DNA of 64,000 nt from Yuukianura sp. NJ FZ-2021 (Eukaryota). The position numbers and the translations under genes were made by a program. The DNA lies in assembly GCA_046563655.1 (NCBI GenBank), contig CM102287.1, positions 3,286,001 to 3,350,000 of the forward strand, read 5' to 3'. Shown here in pieces: positions 61,771 through 64,000 of the stretch; positions within the stretch are counted from its first letter, which is position 1, and each line of letters starts with the position of its first letter. Below the pieces are notes generated by a model. That model searched no databases. It had not been told where the DNA came from and worked only from the letters and a program-made list of their open reading frames with translations.

Positions 61771-64000
61771 AAAACTCCCCAAAAAGTCATTCTGAGCTTT
61801 CTGAGAACTGAAAATTGCACTCCGATATTTTGCCTCGGAAAGCCCATCTGAAGTGAACCAAGCTCAATTTTTGTCAAAAAATTCATTTGTTTCATTGAAA
61901 ACTCCCCAAAAAGTCATTCTGAGCTTTCTGAGAACTGAAAATTGCACTCCGATATTTTGCCTCGGAAAGCCCATCTGAAGTGAACCAAGCTCAATTTTTG
62001 TCAAAAAATTCATTTTTTTCATTGAAAACTCCCCAAAAAGTCATTCTGAGCTTTCTGAGAACTGAAAATTGCACTCCGATATTTTGCCTCGGAAAGCCCA
62101 TCTGAAGTGAACCAAGCTCAATTTTTGTCAAAAAATCTTTTTTTTTTCCTTGAAAACTCCCCAAAAAGTCATTCTGAGCTTTCTGAGAACTGAAAATTGC
62201 ACTCCGATATTTTGCCTCGGAAAGCCCATCTGAAGTGAACCAAGCTCAATTTTTGTCAAAAAATTCATTTTTTTCATTGAAAACTCCCCAAAAAGTCATT
62301 CTGAGCTTTCTGAGAACTGAAAATTGCACTCCGATATTTTGCCTCGGAAAGCCCATCTGAAGTGAACCAAGCTCAATTTTTGTCAAAAAATTCATTTGTT
62401 TCATTGAAAACTCCCCAAAAAGTCATTCTGAGCTTTCTGAGAACTGAAAATTGCACTCCGATATTTTGCCTCGGAAAGCCCATCTGAAGTGAACCAAGCT
62501 CAATTTTTGTCAAAAAATTCATTTTTTTCATTGAAAACTCCCCAAAAAGTCATTCTGAGCTTTCTGAGAACTGAAAATTGCACTCCGATATTTTGCCTCG
62601 GAAAGCCCATCTGAAGTGAACCAAGCTCAATTTTTGTCAAAAAATTCATTTGTTTCATTGAAAACTCCCCAAAAAGTCATTCTGAGCTTTCTGAGAACTG
62701 AAAATTGCACTCCGATATTTTGCCTCGGAAAGCCCATCTGAAGTGAACCAAGCTCAATTTTTGTCAAAAAATTCATTTTTTTCATTGAAAACTCCCCAAA
62801 AAGTCATTCTGAGCTTTCTGAGAACTGAAAATTGCACTCCGATATTTTGCCTCGGAAAGCCCATCTGAAGTGAACCAAGCTCAATTTTTGTCAAAAAATT
62901 CATTTGTTTCATTGAAAACTCCCCAAAAAGTCATTCTGAGCTTTCTGAGAACTGAAAATTGCACTCCGATATTTTGCCTCGGAAAGCCCATCTGAAGTGA
63001 ACCAAGCTCAATTTTTGTCAAAAAATCTTTTTTTTTCATTGAAAACTCCCCAAAAAGTCATTCTGAGCTTTCTGAGAACTGAAAATTGCACTCCGATATT
63101 TTGCCTCGGAAAGCCCATCTGAAGTGAACCAAGCTCAATTTTTGTCAAAAAATTCATTTGTTTCATTGAAAACTCCCCAAAAAGTCATTCTGAGCTTTCT
63201 GAGAACTGAAAATTGCACTCCGATATTTTGCCTCGGAAAGCCCATCTGAAGTGAACCAAGCTCAATTTTTGTCAAAAAATTCATTTGTTTCATTGAAAAC
63301 TCCCCAAAAAGTCATTCTGAGCTTTCTGAGAACTGAAAATTGCACTCCGATATTTTGCCTCGGAAAGCCCATCTGAAGTGAACCAAGCTCAATTTTTGTC
63401 AAAAAATTCATTTGTTTCATTGAAAACTCCCCAAAAAGTCATTCTGAGCTTTCTGAGAACTGAAAATTGCACTCCGATATTTTGCCTCGGAAAGCCCATC
63501 TGAAGTGAACCAAGCTCAATTTTTGTCAAAAAATTCATTTTTTTCATTGAAAACTCCCCAAAAAGTCATTCTGAGCTTTCTGAGAACTGAAAATTGCACT
63601 CCGATATTTTGCCTCGGAAAGCCCATCTGAAGTGAACCAAGCTCAATTTTTGTCAAAAAATTCATTTGTTTCATTGAAAACTCCCCAAAAAGTCATTCTG
63701 AGCTTTCTGAGAACTGAAAATTGCACTCCGATATTTTGCCTCGGAAAGCCCATCTGAAGTGAACCAAGCTCAATTTTTGTCAAAAAATTCATTTGTTTCA
63801 TTGAAAACTCCCCAAAAAGTCATTCTGAGCTTTCTGAGAACTGAAAATTGCACTCCGATATTTTGCCTCGGAAAGCCCATCTGAAGTGAACCAAGCTCAA
63901 TTTTTGTCAAAAAATTCATTTGTTTCATTGAAAACTCCCCAAAAAGTCATTCTGAGCTTTCTGAGAACTGAAAATTGCACTCCGATATTTTGCCTCGGAA
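61771..64000. repeat. 127-bp tandem satellite, about 17.5 near-identical copies, continuing past the window end
   Basis: Unit AAAACTCCCCAAAAAGTCATTCTGAGC...TTGTCAAAAAATTCATTT(G/T)TTTCATTG starts at 61771, 61898, 62025 and so on. Variation is confined to the T-rich junction. Confidence 0.97.

Noticed and set aside
61771..64000. Possible CRISPR array
   Set aside because: Units are contiguous 127-bp monomers with no unique spacers, in a eukaryotic context with no cas genes.

Overview
Gene-dense, AT-rich eukaryotic DNA with many short spliceosomal introns. It is an arthropod; a compact basal-hexapod (springtail-like) genome is my inference from style only. No prokaryotic features, CRISPR, rRNA or tRNA are seen. 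Genes reconstructed by hand across introns, in order: Golgi alpha-mannosidase II (5' part, -), TOGARAM/crescerin-like TOG protein (+), intersectin/Dap160 with a full DH-PH-C2 extension (+), a Pro-rich membrane protein (-), a chymotrypsin-type serine protease (-), a small 4-TM protein (-), porphobilinogen synthase ALAD (-), an unrecognised PPxY/CaaX protein (+), UBXN4/erasin (-), DNA topoisomerase II (+), a GATAD1-like BAH protein without zinc finger (-), Chibby-like (+), a second 4-TM protein with a repeat tail (-) and a NOL7-like nucleolar protein (-). Mobile and repeat DNA: an 846-bp G-run-rich foldback element with an 8-bp TSD, a truncated DD37E Tc1/mariner fragment flanked by an exact 180-bp duplication of the host last exon, and a 127-bp satellite running off the right end. 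Best leads: (1) intersectin short/long switch via a split TGA/TGG codon, plus two equal-length (78 nt) candidate mutually exclusive exons for the start of the C2 domain; (2) a candidate mitochondrial-targeting alternative exon for Top2; (3) the 180-bp-flanked transposase insertion; (4) a very over-represented AGGTCAAAGGTCA motif near splice sites; (5) an orphan prenylated PPxY protein in a region rich in GAAAGTGAAAGT-type motifs. All family calls come from recalled motifs, not database searches.
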